The notes under the pieces were generated by a model. That model worked only from the letters and a program-made list of their open reading frames with translations. It was not told the DNA's origin and ran no database searches. The position numbers were made by a program, and so were the translations under genes. A stretch of 64,000 bases of DNA from Octopus sinensis. Taxonomy: Eukaryota. Shown piece after piece: positions 1 through 13,018 of the stretch (its first letter is position 1; each line of letters starts with the position of its first letter). Location: positions 155,744,001 through 155,808,000 of the forward strand of contig NC_042999.1 of assembly GCF_006345805.1 (NCBI RefSeq), given 5' to 3'.

Positions 1-1447
1 CCTTTATAATAATAATCCTTTCTACTAAGGGGGCACAAGGCCTGAAATTTGCAGGGCTAGTCGATTACATTGACCCCAGTGTTTCATTGGTACTCACTTT
101 ATTGACCCTGAAAAATGAAAGGCAAAGTCAACTCAGCAGAAATTGAACTCAGAATGTAGTGACAGGTGAAACGCTGCAAAGCATTTTGCCTGCTGTGCTA
201 ATGATTCTGCCAGCTCACCAACAATTCTAATTTTGGCACAAGGCCAGCAATTTCAAGGGAAGGCGAAAGTGGATTAAATTGGCCCCAGTACTTGACTGGT
301 ATTGTATTTCATTATAAAGAAAGCATGAAGGGCAAAGTTGACTGTGGTGGAATTTTAACTCCAAATGTAAAGAACTGGGAGCTGGAAGAAATGGTACAAG
401 GCATCTTTTTTTTTTTTTTTTTTGCTGTGCTGAAATGATTCTACCAGCATGTGGATTTCACAAGCAAGGGTTAAGAAAAGTCTTTGACAATGGCCACCAC
501 CAACAAATTTAGGTACTTTTGAGCTGGACATTATTAATTTTGTAAAATTTATTTGCCAACAGAATGCGACAGTCCTACACAGGACAATGTTACTGCTGTT
601 TAGCAACAGGAAAACATCTTTTCCAGCTGGTTACTGTCACAGTTTGTGTCCTTATAGCATGAGCAAGGGAGTTTATTGCTCCCATCTCTAGCCATCATGA
701 TACTCATAGGCCTAGGTTTCTGCAAACCCTAAAGTTATAAGAGAATTACTAGCATCCTATCCTGAGGGAGACTCGGCTCCCTTTATCGGTTTAGTACTAC
801 ACACTCAAACACTGGCTGTTGGGACTGTTGCTGTGAAAGGATTAATTTCTATTTTTACTTCCCATCAATAACAGAACTGACACCAACCTTGGATACAGAG
901 GGGGTGGAGAGGAGGGACTATAAATAACCCCAAAGAATGCTTTATTTATTCAAGGGTATTAACTTTCTGTAATCTCAATGTTAATCTAGTCTAACCCAGA
1001 AGAATTTGAAGAGACCCTGTCAAATAAATCTACATAAATAGCCATAGGGTTGCAGTGGGGGAGGGAAATAAAACTGAAATTAAATCATTGCAACTATAGA
1101 ATCAGATGGGGGTGGGGTGTCTTATCGGTGGAGCATCTTAGTTATGGGATAGTGGAACACTGAAAGAGGGACAAAAATATGACAGAGTAGTGAAGGTTGG
1201 GGAGGAATAATAATGATGATGGTGGGGGAGGAATAATGATGATGATAACAGTAGTACCATTTACTATAGCTTATGTTGAATGCTCCTTTATTATCTCCAC
1301 CTCTTCCCCCTACCCCCTCTCTCTGAAAATTAAGTAAATAGTGCAATCAGGTTTCAAGTTCTCAACCAGGTTTGTGGGTCACCCACCTAAATACTTTCAT
1401 TATGTATTGACCATCCCACCGTTTGTTGTTGAATTATCATTATTATT

Positions 1448-2352
1448 AAGGCAGTGAGCTGGCATGCCAGACAAAATGCTTAGTAGGAGTTTGTCTTTAC
1501 ATTCTAAGTTCAAATTCAGCCAAGGTAGACTTTACCTTTCATCCTTTTGGGGTTGATAAAATAAGAACCAGTTGAACACTGGGGTTATTGTAATCAACTT
1601 ACCTTCGACCTCAAAATTGTTGACCTTGTGCCAAAATGTGAAATTATTATTATTATTATTAAGGTGGTAGGCTAGCTGAACCGTTAGCTGGCCAGGTGAA
1701 ATGCTTAGCGGTATTACGTCTACCGTTAGGTTCTGAGTTCAAATTTTGCTGTGGTCGACTTTGCCTTTTATCCTTTTGGGGTCGATAAAATTAGTACCAG
1801 TTACGCACTTGGATTGAGGTAATCAACCTAATCCCTTCCTCAAAATTTGAGGCCTTGTGTTTCCAGTAGAAAGGATTATTATTATTATGGCGAGCTGGCA
1901 GAATCATTAGCACACTGGACAAAATACTTAGTGGTACTTCAGTCGTCGCTACATACTGAGTTCAAATTCTGCTGTGGTCAACTTCGCCTTTCATCCTTTT
2001 GGGGTCGATAAAATTAGTACCAGTTACGCACTGGGATTGAGGTAATCAAGCTAATCCCTTCCTCCAAATCTGAGTCCTTGTGCTTCCAGTAGAAAGGATT
2101 ATTATTATTATTATTATTGTTATTATTATTATTATGGCAAGCTGGCAGAATCATTAGCACGCTGGACAAAATACTTAGTAGTATTTCAGTCGTTGCTACA
2201 TTCTGAGTTCAAATTCTGCTGTGGTCAACTTCGTCTTTCATCCTTTTGGGATCAATTAAATAAGTACCAGTGGAATACTGGGGGTCGATGTAACTGACTA
2301 GTCCCCTCCCCACAAATTTCAGGCCTTGTGCCTATAGTTGAAAGGACTACTA
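1448..2352 (+). mobile_element. Four head-to-tail family A SINEs separated by (ATT)n
   Basis: Heads near 1449, 1662, 1888 and 2135, each preceded by ATT repeats. Confidence 0.85.
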
Positions 2353-3951
2353 TTATAATTATATTGAGCTTTCAATCCAGCTCCCTGATACTCTTTAACC
2401 AGGTCATTTATAGTACATACCAGTTCCCATCTCAACCTCCACCACAGGACTAAAGCAAGAACAGATTCGTCCAGTAGGTTTCTCTTTGACAAATACCTAA
2501 CTAACAGGAGTCTATTATTTAGAAGTGAATACAAATGAATTTCCCATTTGGCCCATGTAAGCACACAAACATGGACCTGACAACAGTGTTGACAACGATG
2601 CTGATGATGATGATGAGTAAGTGTGTGAATGTAATAGACAAGTAAATACTAGAATAAAGCCAAGTGCAAATTTGTGACTTCATGGTTGAAAGGTTTCACT
2701 TTCTTTCGTTAGTCTGGATTTAATTAGCTAAGAATCTACATACAAACTGCAAAGTGACTCAGATGTTGTTTCCTGCTTGTTGTCAGCAGTTGTTGCTGAG
2801 CAATTATTCCAGCCCCATCCCAGAGAAAGAAAGAAACTGTATAAATCTTTTTGTTCTATTTCACATCTGGAATTCAGGTTATGAAAATAAATAAAGGTGT
2901 ACACATACACACCAACACTAACTCACTCACATACATACAATAAAAAGACAGCAAAAAAGGCAGCAGATTGTTTGGATACTAAATTTCAAAACCTCATTGG
3001 AACCTAAACTCATGCTACAGTCAGAACTAATAATCATTACACAATTTCAAACATTATTTATAAGCCAGGACCATTTTAAGCAGACACAAATTGGAATAAA
3101 GGATGATAATAAAAAAAGCAGTAACTAACAAATATAGTTTGAGCTTGTCACACTTCGTACAGAAATAGTTGGACAGGGAGAACAATCTGGAACGTTGAAT
3201 CATTTTCAGAAATGAGGTTTGCATGTGTGTGTGTGTGTGTGTGTGTGTTGGTGGTGGTAGGGCGGGGGGCAATTAAACAGAGGTGGAGAGGGGAGAAGAA
3301 AAATTTAAAGAATTTGGCACCTTGTGCTTTTGTAATTGCTTTATGCTTTGTAGAAAATTGAAGAATGACAAAATAAAAGCCCAGAAATGGGTACATACAC
3401 GCATGTCCTGCAAGAAAATTTCAAACAATTTGTATTTTTTAACCCTTTCCACTCCTCCACAGCTGCAACCATTTCCTTTCAGCCCTTCCTTCCAAGATAT
3501 AACCACACTCTACAACTAACACCACCAGGCAAGCCCTGTTCGTGCTTCCAAAAGGAAAAGAAAAATGTTAGGTGGGTGGGGGACTGAGTAAATTTAACTT
3601 TTCATGATGTAACATTATTAGTAACATTATTAAACTGAAGACCTCACACAACCACAATCATAATTCTTCTGTGATTCATTCATACCTTATCTTAGATTTA
3701 CTATGTAATAAAATGGTCCTGACATCATAGCACTAGACTTATTTAACCATTTAGCATTGAGATTACTGCCTAATATAATGCTTATTCAATCACATTGTTT
3801 TGAATTAATCATGCATTATTTTGTAGCTTTGAGATTTCAATGATGTGATTGTTTATTTTTAGGATGACATTGTAGGGAAAGTGTGAGAGGCTGGATCCGG
3901 CCTGTTTAATCATAAAACAGGGAGAATATTTGGCCCAGATGTGTGTGTGAG

Positions 3952-4008
<57 letters not shown>

Positions 4009-4467
4009 TGTATGTGTGTGTGTGTGTGTACACTCACATTTATAGTCTCTGAAAATGGTGTGAATGTTACACAATTCCATTCCTGTCTCATACAAATTCC
4101 AGGACTTCTGCTTAAATGAAAATTTATATTAGCACTTGTGTTCTTGTGCGTGCATGGGAAAACAAAAACCTGTCTGTATGGTCACCGAAGATTTATAAGT
4201 TAACAGAGATAATATCTTGAAGTAAAAAGTATGGGAAGGGTGTATGTGGGATTGGAAGAATAAACAAACAGCCGCCTTTCTGTGCTGTTAAAAGCTGAAA
4301 AGAAAGAACAGACAACAGATATGTCTGTCTCTACACCACCAACACCACCATTACTGCTGCTACCAAGATTTCATAAAACTTTTCTGATGTGAGTCACAGA
4401 GAACAGATAAAAATGCAACAGGAATCAACCAGCTAACCAACTTCCCAAATGACAATAATATTAGCAA

Positions 4468-4890
4468 GGCGGTGAGCTGGCAGAAACGTTAGCAAGCCAG
4501 GCGAAATGCTTAGCAGTATTTCATCTGCCGTTATGTTCCGAGTTCAAATTTCACCAAGGTCGACTTTGCCTTTCATCCTTTCAGGGTCGATTAAATAAGT
4601 ACCAGTTACGCACTGGGGTCGATATAATCGACTTAATCCATTTGTCTGTCCTTGTTTGTCCTCTCTGTGTTTAGCCCCTTGTGGGTAGTAAAGAAATAGG
4701 TATTTAGTCTGCTGCTACATTCTGAGTTCAAATTCCGCCAAGGTCGACTTTGCCTTTCATCTTTTTGGGATCAATTAAATAAAGTACCAGTTGTGCACTG
4801 GGATTGATGTATTCGACTTGATCCTTTTGTCTGTCCTTGTTTGTCCTCTCTATGATTAGCCCCTTGTGGGCAATAAATAAATAAATAAAA
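4468..4890 (+). mobile_element. Family A SINE dimer (full monomer plus 5'-truncated monomer)
   Basis: Junction AAGAAATA|GGTATTT at 4698/4699. Confidence 0.85.
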
Positions 4891-7853
4891 TAAACTGTCT
4901 TTTTGCAAAGTAAAGAGGACAAAAAGAAACCCAAAAATGCAAAATGGCATTTACTTCTAAAGTAATTGCATTCTCTTGTTACTCATTTGACTGTGGCCAT
5001 GCTGGAGCACTGCCTTTAGTCGAGCTAGTTGACCCCAGGACTTATTCTTTGTAAGCCTAGTATTTATTTTATCGAACCCTTTTGCTGAACCACTAAGTTA
5101 CAGGGACGTAAACACACCGGCATTGGTTGTCAAGAAATGTTGGGGGACAAACACAGATACACTAACATATACATACATATCTATATACGACAAGCTTCTT
5201 TCAGTTTCCTTCTACCAAATCCACTCACAAGGCTTTGGTTGGCATGAAGTTATAGTAGAAGACACTTGCTCAAGGTGCCACATAGTGGGACTGAACCCAG
5301 AACCATGTAGTTGGTAAGCAAGCTACTTACCACACAGCTACTCCTGCGCCATTAGTATTCCTGATTTTACTAATACAGGGATAAATCTTGCTGGCAAGGG
5401 AGAGGAAGAAAGGAATTTTTGGATGGATCCAGTACAAATATATGCAATATTTATTTGTTAAACCAGACAGTAAGAAAATGGTAAATATAGAGACTGGACT
5501 CACTGATTATGTCAAGGAGAGGAAGAAAACCTTGTCAAGTGGAGGGTGAGAAATGACAGAAACAGGAAATAGATGATGATGAAATGGTTATTAGTGAGGT
5601 TAATAATGGTATTTCTCAAACTAACCAATTCCATTCTGCCAATGACACAAGTTAAAATGGAGACTTAATAAACCACTTCATAACTAAGTACACCATTATT
5701 ATTGCTACAGCACTGTATCAAAAAGAAGAAAACTGGTTAATTGTAACCCTTTTGAGACCAACCAGTCTGAAATTGCCCCTTGTTCTTTGATACCACCTTT
5801 GTTTTAACCCTTTAGCATTCAGATTCTTCTGTTAAATGTGATGCTTACTTATTCCCATTGTCTTGAATTAATCATGCATTCTCTTGTAGCTTTGAGATTT
5901 CAACAATATGATTATTTTTAGAATGACATTGTAGGGTAGGTGTGAGAGGCTAGATCTGGTCAGTTTGAACATAAGGCAGGGAGAATATTTGGGCTGAACA
6001 TGGCCAGTTTCAATGCTAAAGAGTTGAAAGAGATCAGAATTAAAATCTTCCATCAAAATGATAAAATCATTTTACTAAATTCACTATTTTCAAAATCGGT
6101 CAAAGCAAAAACAGTAACAAAAATTTAAAGAGATTTTAAGACTTTCCATCAAAATTTCCTGTTAATCTGTTCCAAACACCAGTGTGACAAAAATACTTTA
6201 CTAAATTCTTCATTAATTTCAAAATAGATTGAAATGAAGGCAGCAAATTTCTTGAGAAATATGATAATGAAAGGATTAAGTTTTTCCAAATTAGTCAGTT
6301 TGATTTTATGTATAAGAGTGGTGAACAAAAATTTTAAATTATAAATAGCAAGAATTTGTTCTTGTGGTTTTTGAGAGTTGAGTGGCAAGAAGTAGAACTA
6401 TAACTTATGTTGAAGAACAAACCCACTTCTAGAAATAAATTTAGTCATATGAAACGAGGTGCTTATGTTTAAACGAATGACACAGAGTACCACAATTTTA
6501 ATAATCTATTAATTGCCTATAAAACATTTGTATTTTTTCAGAATATGACACATTATTAATACAACACAAACTTATGGATATTAACAGCACAAAAATATTA
6601 TTTTTCTCTGTTAGCATAAGTTTAATCAGTGGTCCTCAACCATTTTGGAGGTTTAAAGCACAATCGGAATTAAAATCTTCCCTTAAAATTCCATGCTAAT
6701 TTATGTTTCAAACATCAGCGTCATAATGAAAAAGGGTTTTTTTTACTAAATTGTTCATTATTTTCAAAATAAATTGAAATATGAAATAAATCTGACTCAA
6801 TGTGCAGCCTATGTTGCCATATTGTTACAAGACAACACAGCTGTATAAAATGGGTTGGTTTCAATGAATGTATTTTTAACTGTTAGCATTTACAATAGAT
6901 ATTAATGCTAAGTCAATATGTTGTGCCTGAGTGATTGCCTCCTCATCATATGGTTATAGGTTCAATTCCAATGCATGGCACCTTGGACAGGTGTTGTCTA
7001 CTATAGCCCTAGGCCAATCAAAACCTTGCAAGGCTTTGTCTACCCATCAATGATGAGAAACAAGTAACTAAGTACTGGAAATCAGAACCTTTCTGTTATA
7101 ATGTGTTAAAGAATAATTTGCATGTTTATCGAGGCCTCTAATTTATCATCATTGTTGTCGTTGTTTAACGTCCACTTTCTATGCTGGCATGGGTTGGATG
7201 GTTTGACTGAAGGCTGGCAAGCCAGATGGCTGCATCAGGCTCCAATCCAATCTGACAAAATTTCTACAGCTGGATGCCCTTCCTAATGCCAACTACTCCA
7301 AGAGTGTAGTGTGTGCTTTTTATGTGCCACTAGCATGAGGGCCAGTTAGGTAGTACTGGCATTGACCATGATTGAACGGTGCTTTTTACATGCCTCTGGC
7401 ACAGGAGCCAGTAAGGCAGCACTACACAACACATATGTATGTGTACAGATGTTTCCTTGTTGTCACATGTGATAGTTGTAAAGGAGTGTCACTGTCATAC
7501 AAGCAGTGTCCTCCATTTCTAATATTCTGTGGAAACATGCCTGACCATGAGGAAATATTACCTCGTTTAGAAACAGATGAGGGTTGGTGACAGGAAGGGC
7601 ATCTTGCCATAGAAAATCTGCCTCAAATAAACTGTCACACCCATAGAAAAGTGGATGTTAAAACGATGATGATGATGTCAATGGAAGGAAATCTAATTTA
7701 AATTTCGATCAATAGTTATCAAACAAAACAGCAAATGTTTTACTGATTAACCAGAAGAATCTGATAAGATTTCTTCATATAAACGTAGACATGACCTGGG
7801 TCAATCTTTGGCCACAACACATCTAACTTAATAGCATCATCTGATAGGATCTC

Positions 7854-8223
7854 TCTATTGAGGTGAAAGCAATTTTTGCGTAGCATTTTCTGGCAATGTC
7901 ATATGAAAATGTCCCTGTTTTTTATGAGAAAAAAATACCCTGTGGCCTTAAAGTGAGGGGTCACTCGTACACAGAGCTGGATAACAAAACCGTTCCCTCT
8001 TTAGTGTCCATCCATAATTATGACCCTAGTATTGATCTATTGCATTTCAATCTGTTTTAGGGTTAGAGTTAGGGTTAGGGGTGAGGGAGGGTATCTTTTT
8101 TTTCTTCAGAAATGTATATAAACCCAATCTGTTTCTTAAACGAATATATAATATGTAACAGGAACATTTTCATATGATGCTGCCAGAAAATGTTATGGCA
8201 GAAATTGTTTTCACCTCAATAGA
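7854..8223. mobile_element. MITE with ~65-bp TIRs and an internal TTAGGG-like tract
   Basis: tattgaggtgaaagcaatttttgcgtagcattttctggcaatgtcatatgaaaatgtccctgtt matches the reverse complement of 8157-8221. ttagggttagagttagggttaggg lies near 8058-8080. Confidence 0.7.
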
Positions 8224-8775
8224 CGTCATTGATTGGTTGAAATTGATGAAATGCAAGAAATTAAACAACAATGTAACAAACTACAGAATTTTCTCAAGAA
8301 AGCCAAGAGAAAAAGATGTTTTATAAACACATTCTACCAGTATACGGAGTTTAAAATTTTTTTAGTTACATAGAAATTATTTTAAAAATCTGCTGGTCAA
8401 AGTGAAAAGAACCAATTTTTGTCATGAGCTGACAAAGAGAATTAGAAATGATTGTTGGTTGAGAAAAGTTATTTCCCTTTGATTTCTTACTTTCAGACAT
8501 GAGAGAGAAGCCATGTTTATAACATGAGTGAATGAATAAGTGAAAAAGAGAAAGAAAGAGAGATTGTGTATGTGTGTGCACGTGCTACCTGAAGGGGCCA
8601 TTCAGAAGGGATTGAACCAAATGACATATAGTTACAAAGTAAGCTTTTTAACAATTAACAATTATTCCTGCATTTATGAAAGTTTGGGGTTGTTTGTTTT
8701 GGGTGGAAATAAACATCTTGGAGGAATTTGCAAGCAGGAGTTTCAAATTACTGAACCAAAAAGTATGGTACTTAC

Positions 8776-9480
8776 TTTCAATTCATCTGTTTCATTATTT
8801 CTGGAATTGTAAAAGAGTTCATTATCTCCTGTTTGTGGCATGTCTGGACCATCTATGGAGATCTCTTGACCAGATTTTGCTAAGGAAAGTCGACAAGTAA
8901 ATTCTTTGTTCTCTGGAGATTTCTCGCGAAGACTGGACGAACGATTTAGAGAACCACGTGGTTGGACAGACGATACCTGCTTTTCTTCAAAGCTATTGAG
9001 TTGAGATCTGTGATTCGGTTTATCACCAGAACTATATCTGTAAGTAATATTACTTTTAGAGATTTTAGGAGGAATTTTAGTTTCACTTTTTGACACGTCT
9101 TCAGATCTGTCACCGTCCCTAGAGTTTTTGATTTCAAAAGCGTTATCATCATCATCATCATAATCATCATCATTTTCTGTTGGAATGAAGTTCAGGTTAT
9201 CTCCGGAACGACTGAGGAATTTGGATGCCTCGAGGTTACTCGGTGTTATTTCTGTGCTTGAACTTAAATCGTGCAAACTGTTACTTTTGCGCAACCCCTC
9301 AGTGTAGTGTTTGTCATTTTTGTGCTTCAAACTACGGACACCGCGGTAAGTGTTCGGAGTTTTGAGTTTATCAATGTCAAATCTATCAAACGATCGTGCG
9401 TTTCGAATCAATCCAACATAACCAGATTGTCTGCCAGTTTGAGAACCATGAGTATTTACAGAATCTTCCGAAGACAAAGA
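8776..9480 (-). CDS. MPRIP: Large Ser/Asp-rich low-complexity exon (235 aa, SLSSEDSVNTHGSQ...NETDELK), probably the linker after PH1 of the same gene
   Basis: Within the 257-aa ORF 8743-9516. Strong acceptor tttgtctcttttgctttctttccag| at 9481 and perfect donor AAA|gtaagt at 8775; 705 nt, phase 0/0, compatible with the 25745-25841 exon. Gene assignment rests on strand and phase, not on recognisable homology. Confidence 0.75.
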
Positions 9481-9537
9481 CTGGAAAGAAAGCAAAAGAG
9501 ACAAATTAAAAAACAAGATTTACAAATTTATCAAAAA

Positions 9538-9820
9538 GTAAGGAATAAAAAAATTTTAGAATGGTACAACAATGCACTATAATACAAACAATGGTCTATT
9601 TACCTGTTGTAATTTAGTCATCCATAGTCTGATATAATATTTTGGAATAATATTCCTTCTTCCGATATTCTTAGATGGAGTCCATCTAAGAATATCTGAA
9701 GAAGGAATATTATTCCGAAATATTATATCAGACTATGGGTGACTAAATTACAACAGGTAAACAGCCCATTCTCTATATCATAGTGCATTGTAGTACCATT
9801 CAAAACTTTTTATTCTTTAC
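9538..9820. repeat. ~280-bp near-perfect palindrome (arms ~140 bp, centre 9680, essentially no loop)
   Basis: Centre cttagatgga-g-tccatctaag. The inner ~80 bp of each arm has about 3 mismatches; the outer arms are more diverged. Confidence 0.92.
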
Positions 9821-10244
9821 AAACAGTACAGAATGCTTCAAGCGAACTACAATACTCTCTTATCAAAAAGTATTTTCATATCACCAGGTCTCACCTTGTT
9901 TAGATTAAATAATTATAATTAATGCAATATTACTTCCACCATATTTCAACTACTAAAGAAAATACAAGGAACTGAGTCAGTAATAATTTATTCAGTGCCT
10001 TAAATCAGCCCAACAGTGTGTAAACCCATTATTTTTCTATCTCTTTGCCTATATTTTCTATAACCACAGCACTTTCATTGTCATCATTATTGTACACTAT
10101 TTGCAGCAGGCTGATGGCACCACAACAAAAGTTTTCTCAATAAAGCTGGAGTTTTTCCATCGGATAAAGCCATAGCACTACTTCATTCTGACTTTCTCTT
10201 AGTGTTTTTCTTGGCAGAGACATTGGGGTGGTTTGCCCAATAAA

Positions 10245-10474
10245 GGCGGCGAGCTGGCAGAAACGTTAGCATGCCGGGCGAAATGCTTAGCGGTATTTCG
10301 TCTGCGTTACGTTGTGAGTTCAAATTCCGCCGAGGTCGACTTTGCCTTTCATCCTTTCGGGGTCGATAAATTAAGTACCAGTTACGCACTGGAGTCGATG
10401 TAATCGACTTAATACCTATGTCTGTCCTTGTTTGTCCCCTCTGTGTTTAGCCCCTTGTGGGTAATAAAGAAATA
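10245..10474 (+). mobile_element. tRNA-derived SINE family A, near-consensus copy
   Basis: GGCGGCGAGCTGGCAGAAACG (A box)...GAGTTCAAATTCC (B box)...GTCGACTTTGCCTTTCATCCTTTCGGGGTCGATAAATTAAGTACCAG central domain; tail ...GTGGGTAATAAAGAAATA. About 20 copies in the window. Confidence 0.88.
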
Positions 10475-10789
10475 GGTTTGCCATTGCCTTCCATAACTGG
10501 ATGGTCATTGGCTCACAAAGAGCTCATCTGTCCTGTGACAGAGCTTGTTTCTAGTCCTTCTGGGCATCCAGAGACCTTCATAAGAGCAGCAAGCTACTCA
10601 AGTGGGGGAGCCAGTTTAGCAGCTGACCATTCAACCACAGAACAGGTAGGACTGGTTTACATGGGACCAGAAGCAGATCTCAGTAGCCTGTGATGAGATC
10701 CCTGACCTGACTAACAACACAATCCACATCACCTGAAAAATGCAGTCAGTGATGTATAAAGTCATCTGTTAGTGACCAGTGATGCAGAA

Positions 10790-11130
10790 GGCCATTTGAT
10801 AATGACAGGTGAGGTAGGCCATCAGAAAGCGACCAGCAGTACAAGTGGCCATCAGAGTGTCTAGTGGCACATGTGGCCATGGGAGAGCAAGCAGCTGTGT
10901 ATGTGGCCATCGGTGCATGTGGCCACAGGAGAGTAACTGGCGGTGCACATGGCCATTGGAGGGTGACCGGCGGTGCACATGGCCATCGGAGGGTGACCAA
11001 CAGTGCACATGGCCATCAGAGAGTGACTGACGGTGCACATGGCCATCAGAGAGTGACTGACGGCGCACATGGCCATCAGAGAGTGACCAACGATGTACAT
11101 GGCCATCGGAGAGTGACCAGCAATGAATAA
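10790..11130 (+). repeat. 30-bp minisatellite (GGCCATCAGAGAGTGACTGACGGTGCACAT), about 12 units, more degenerate at the 5' side
   Basis: Regular units at 10921, 10951, 10981, 11011, 11041, 11071 and 11101; irregular units from 10791. Confidence 0.9.
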
Positions 11131-12908
11131 AGCCATTTAATATTGAACAGTGAAGTATAAAGTTATCAGAGAGTCTTGTTAAAAAAATAAAAATAAAATC
11201 AGTTGTAAATGATATTGTTTGTCTAACAGACTGTGTTCTGTTAGTTTCTACTAATCTTTAAGATTAATCTAAATCCTCATCCCCAGTTATTAAAGACCTA
11301 GTAACATTCATAGTCTTATAATACGCCCTGCCCCACTTGTTTACATTAATGAGAAAACAACATTATAATGATGCTAAATATATAATTGGAAGCAAGAATC
11401 TAGAAAGTTCCATTTCCCCAGCAACTATCCTATGTCAGAGGGGATGGCCAACATTTGGAGTGGGAAGCTTTTCTCTTCAAAGTCTCTCATAACAAACCCA
11501 CACATACATTTTACACATATACATGAATGTATACCACAGGATTCTTCCAGTTTTCAACAATCAAACTGACCCTCAAAAATTTGATCAGCTCAAAGCTAAG
11601 ATACTTGCTCAAGGTGTCACACACTGAGCATGGACCATAAACCATGGGGTTGTAAAGCAAACTTCTTTACTGCACGCGTGTGTGTGTGTGTGTGTGTGTG
11701 TGTGTTTCTTGCCCCACACTACCACTTCATGGTTGGTAAAGATTTGTTTGTGTCCCTGAATGTAATTTAATGAGAAAAGGAGACCATGTACCAGCCCTAA
11801 AATAAATCCTGGGGTTGATTTGTTCAACAAATGTGGTGCCCCAGCATGGCCACAGTCCAATGACTGAATCAAGTACAATAAACAAAAAATGTGTGCGTGT
11901 GGGTATGTGTGTGTACATGTGTGCATAGGTGTACATGCATGCGTGCATAGGTGAGTGCTTGTGTGCAAGAACATGTGTGGTACATTAAGTGGCCAAGTGG
12001 AGAGGGTTAAGCCAGAGTAATTACTGTAAAGTGCTGAATGTTAAAAACTGGGACGATCATGGACAGGAAGGGAGTTTTAGAGAGAGAAGTAGCTGAGTGG
12101 AGGTGTGAGTGGTAGGGTGGTGTTAGGGTTAGTGCAGGGGATGACGGAAGAGGAGGAAATTTGGTAAATGGTGATAAGGTAGCAGCAGCAGCTGCATGCA
12201 GTGGTGAAAGAGAAAGAGAGAGGACTAGATAATGTAGCATTTGGTTGGTGCAGTGGGGGAAAAATTTCAGATGTAGCATGTGAAATCCCACTCTTGTAGT
12301 GATGGTGGTCATGGTGGGATTGGGGGAGAGAAGAAAATGTTCAAGTCCTAGAACTTGTAGGACCAGTTATCTGGTTTCCACGACATTCCCTCTGAGCAAG
12401 GTCCAGTCCATTGTAGGGCAGCTCTTCTTTTCTGCCAGTTGAGTGGACTGGAGCAATGTGAAATGAAGGGTTTTGCTCAAGAACAAAATGCATTGCCCAG
12501 CCTGGGAATTGAAACCACAACTACATGATTGGGAGTTCAAAACCCTCACCACTAAGCCATGCACCTTCACACAGAAAAAAAGAGGAAATTGTTATTTCTG
12601 AATTTCTTTCCTTTACTTGTTTCAGTCATTAGATTGTGGCCATGCTGGGGCACCACATTGGGGAATTTTGGTCAAATGAATCAACCCCAATGCTTTTTCT
12701 TTTAAAGTTTGGTACTCGTTCTATTGGTCTCTTTTGCTGAACTGCTAAGTTACAGGGACATAAACACACCAACATCAGTTGTCAAGTGATGGTAGGGGAT
12801 AAAGAGACACACACACGACAGGAGTTGGCAATGCCCAGAGCAGCACCATCTTTCATTGTCTGTTTTGGGTTGGTTTCTACAGCTAGATGCCTTTCCCAAC
12901 ACCAACCA

Positions 12909-13018
12909 CTTGACCAGAAATGGCCTGAACTCTTTGCATGAACACCCTCCCTGTACATAACTCCATGTCCCCCTACATGGCCTTGCTTTTTTCTTTTTGA
13001 GCCAAAAAATTAACTTAA
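12909..13018 (+). mobile_element. Very short 5'-truncated copy of the same CR1 family, nested in an RTE-tail repeat
   Basis: tggcctgaactctttgcatgaacacc...ctccatgtccccctacatggcctt...tttgagccaaa is nearly identical to 53600-53685. Confidence 0.8.

Noticed and set aside
2420-2500. Possible small downstream exon (VFVKEKPTGRICSCFSPVVEVEMGT) with a gtatgt donor
   Set aside because: Weak polypyrimidine tract and no similarity to the expected second PH domain.
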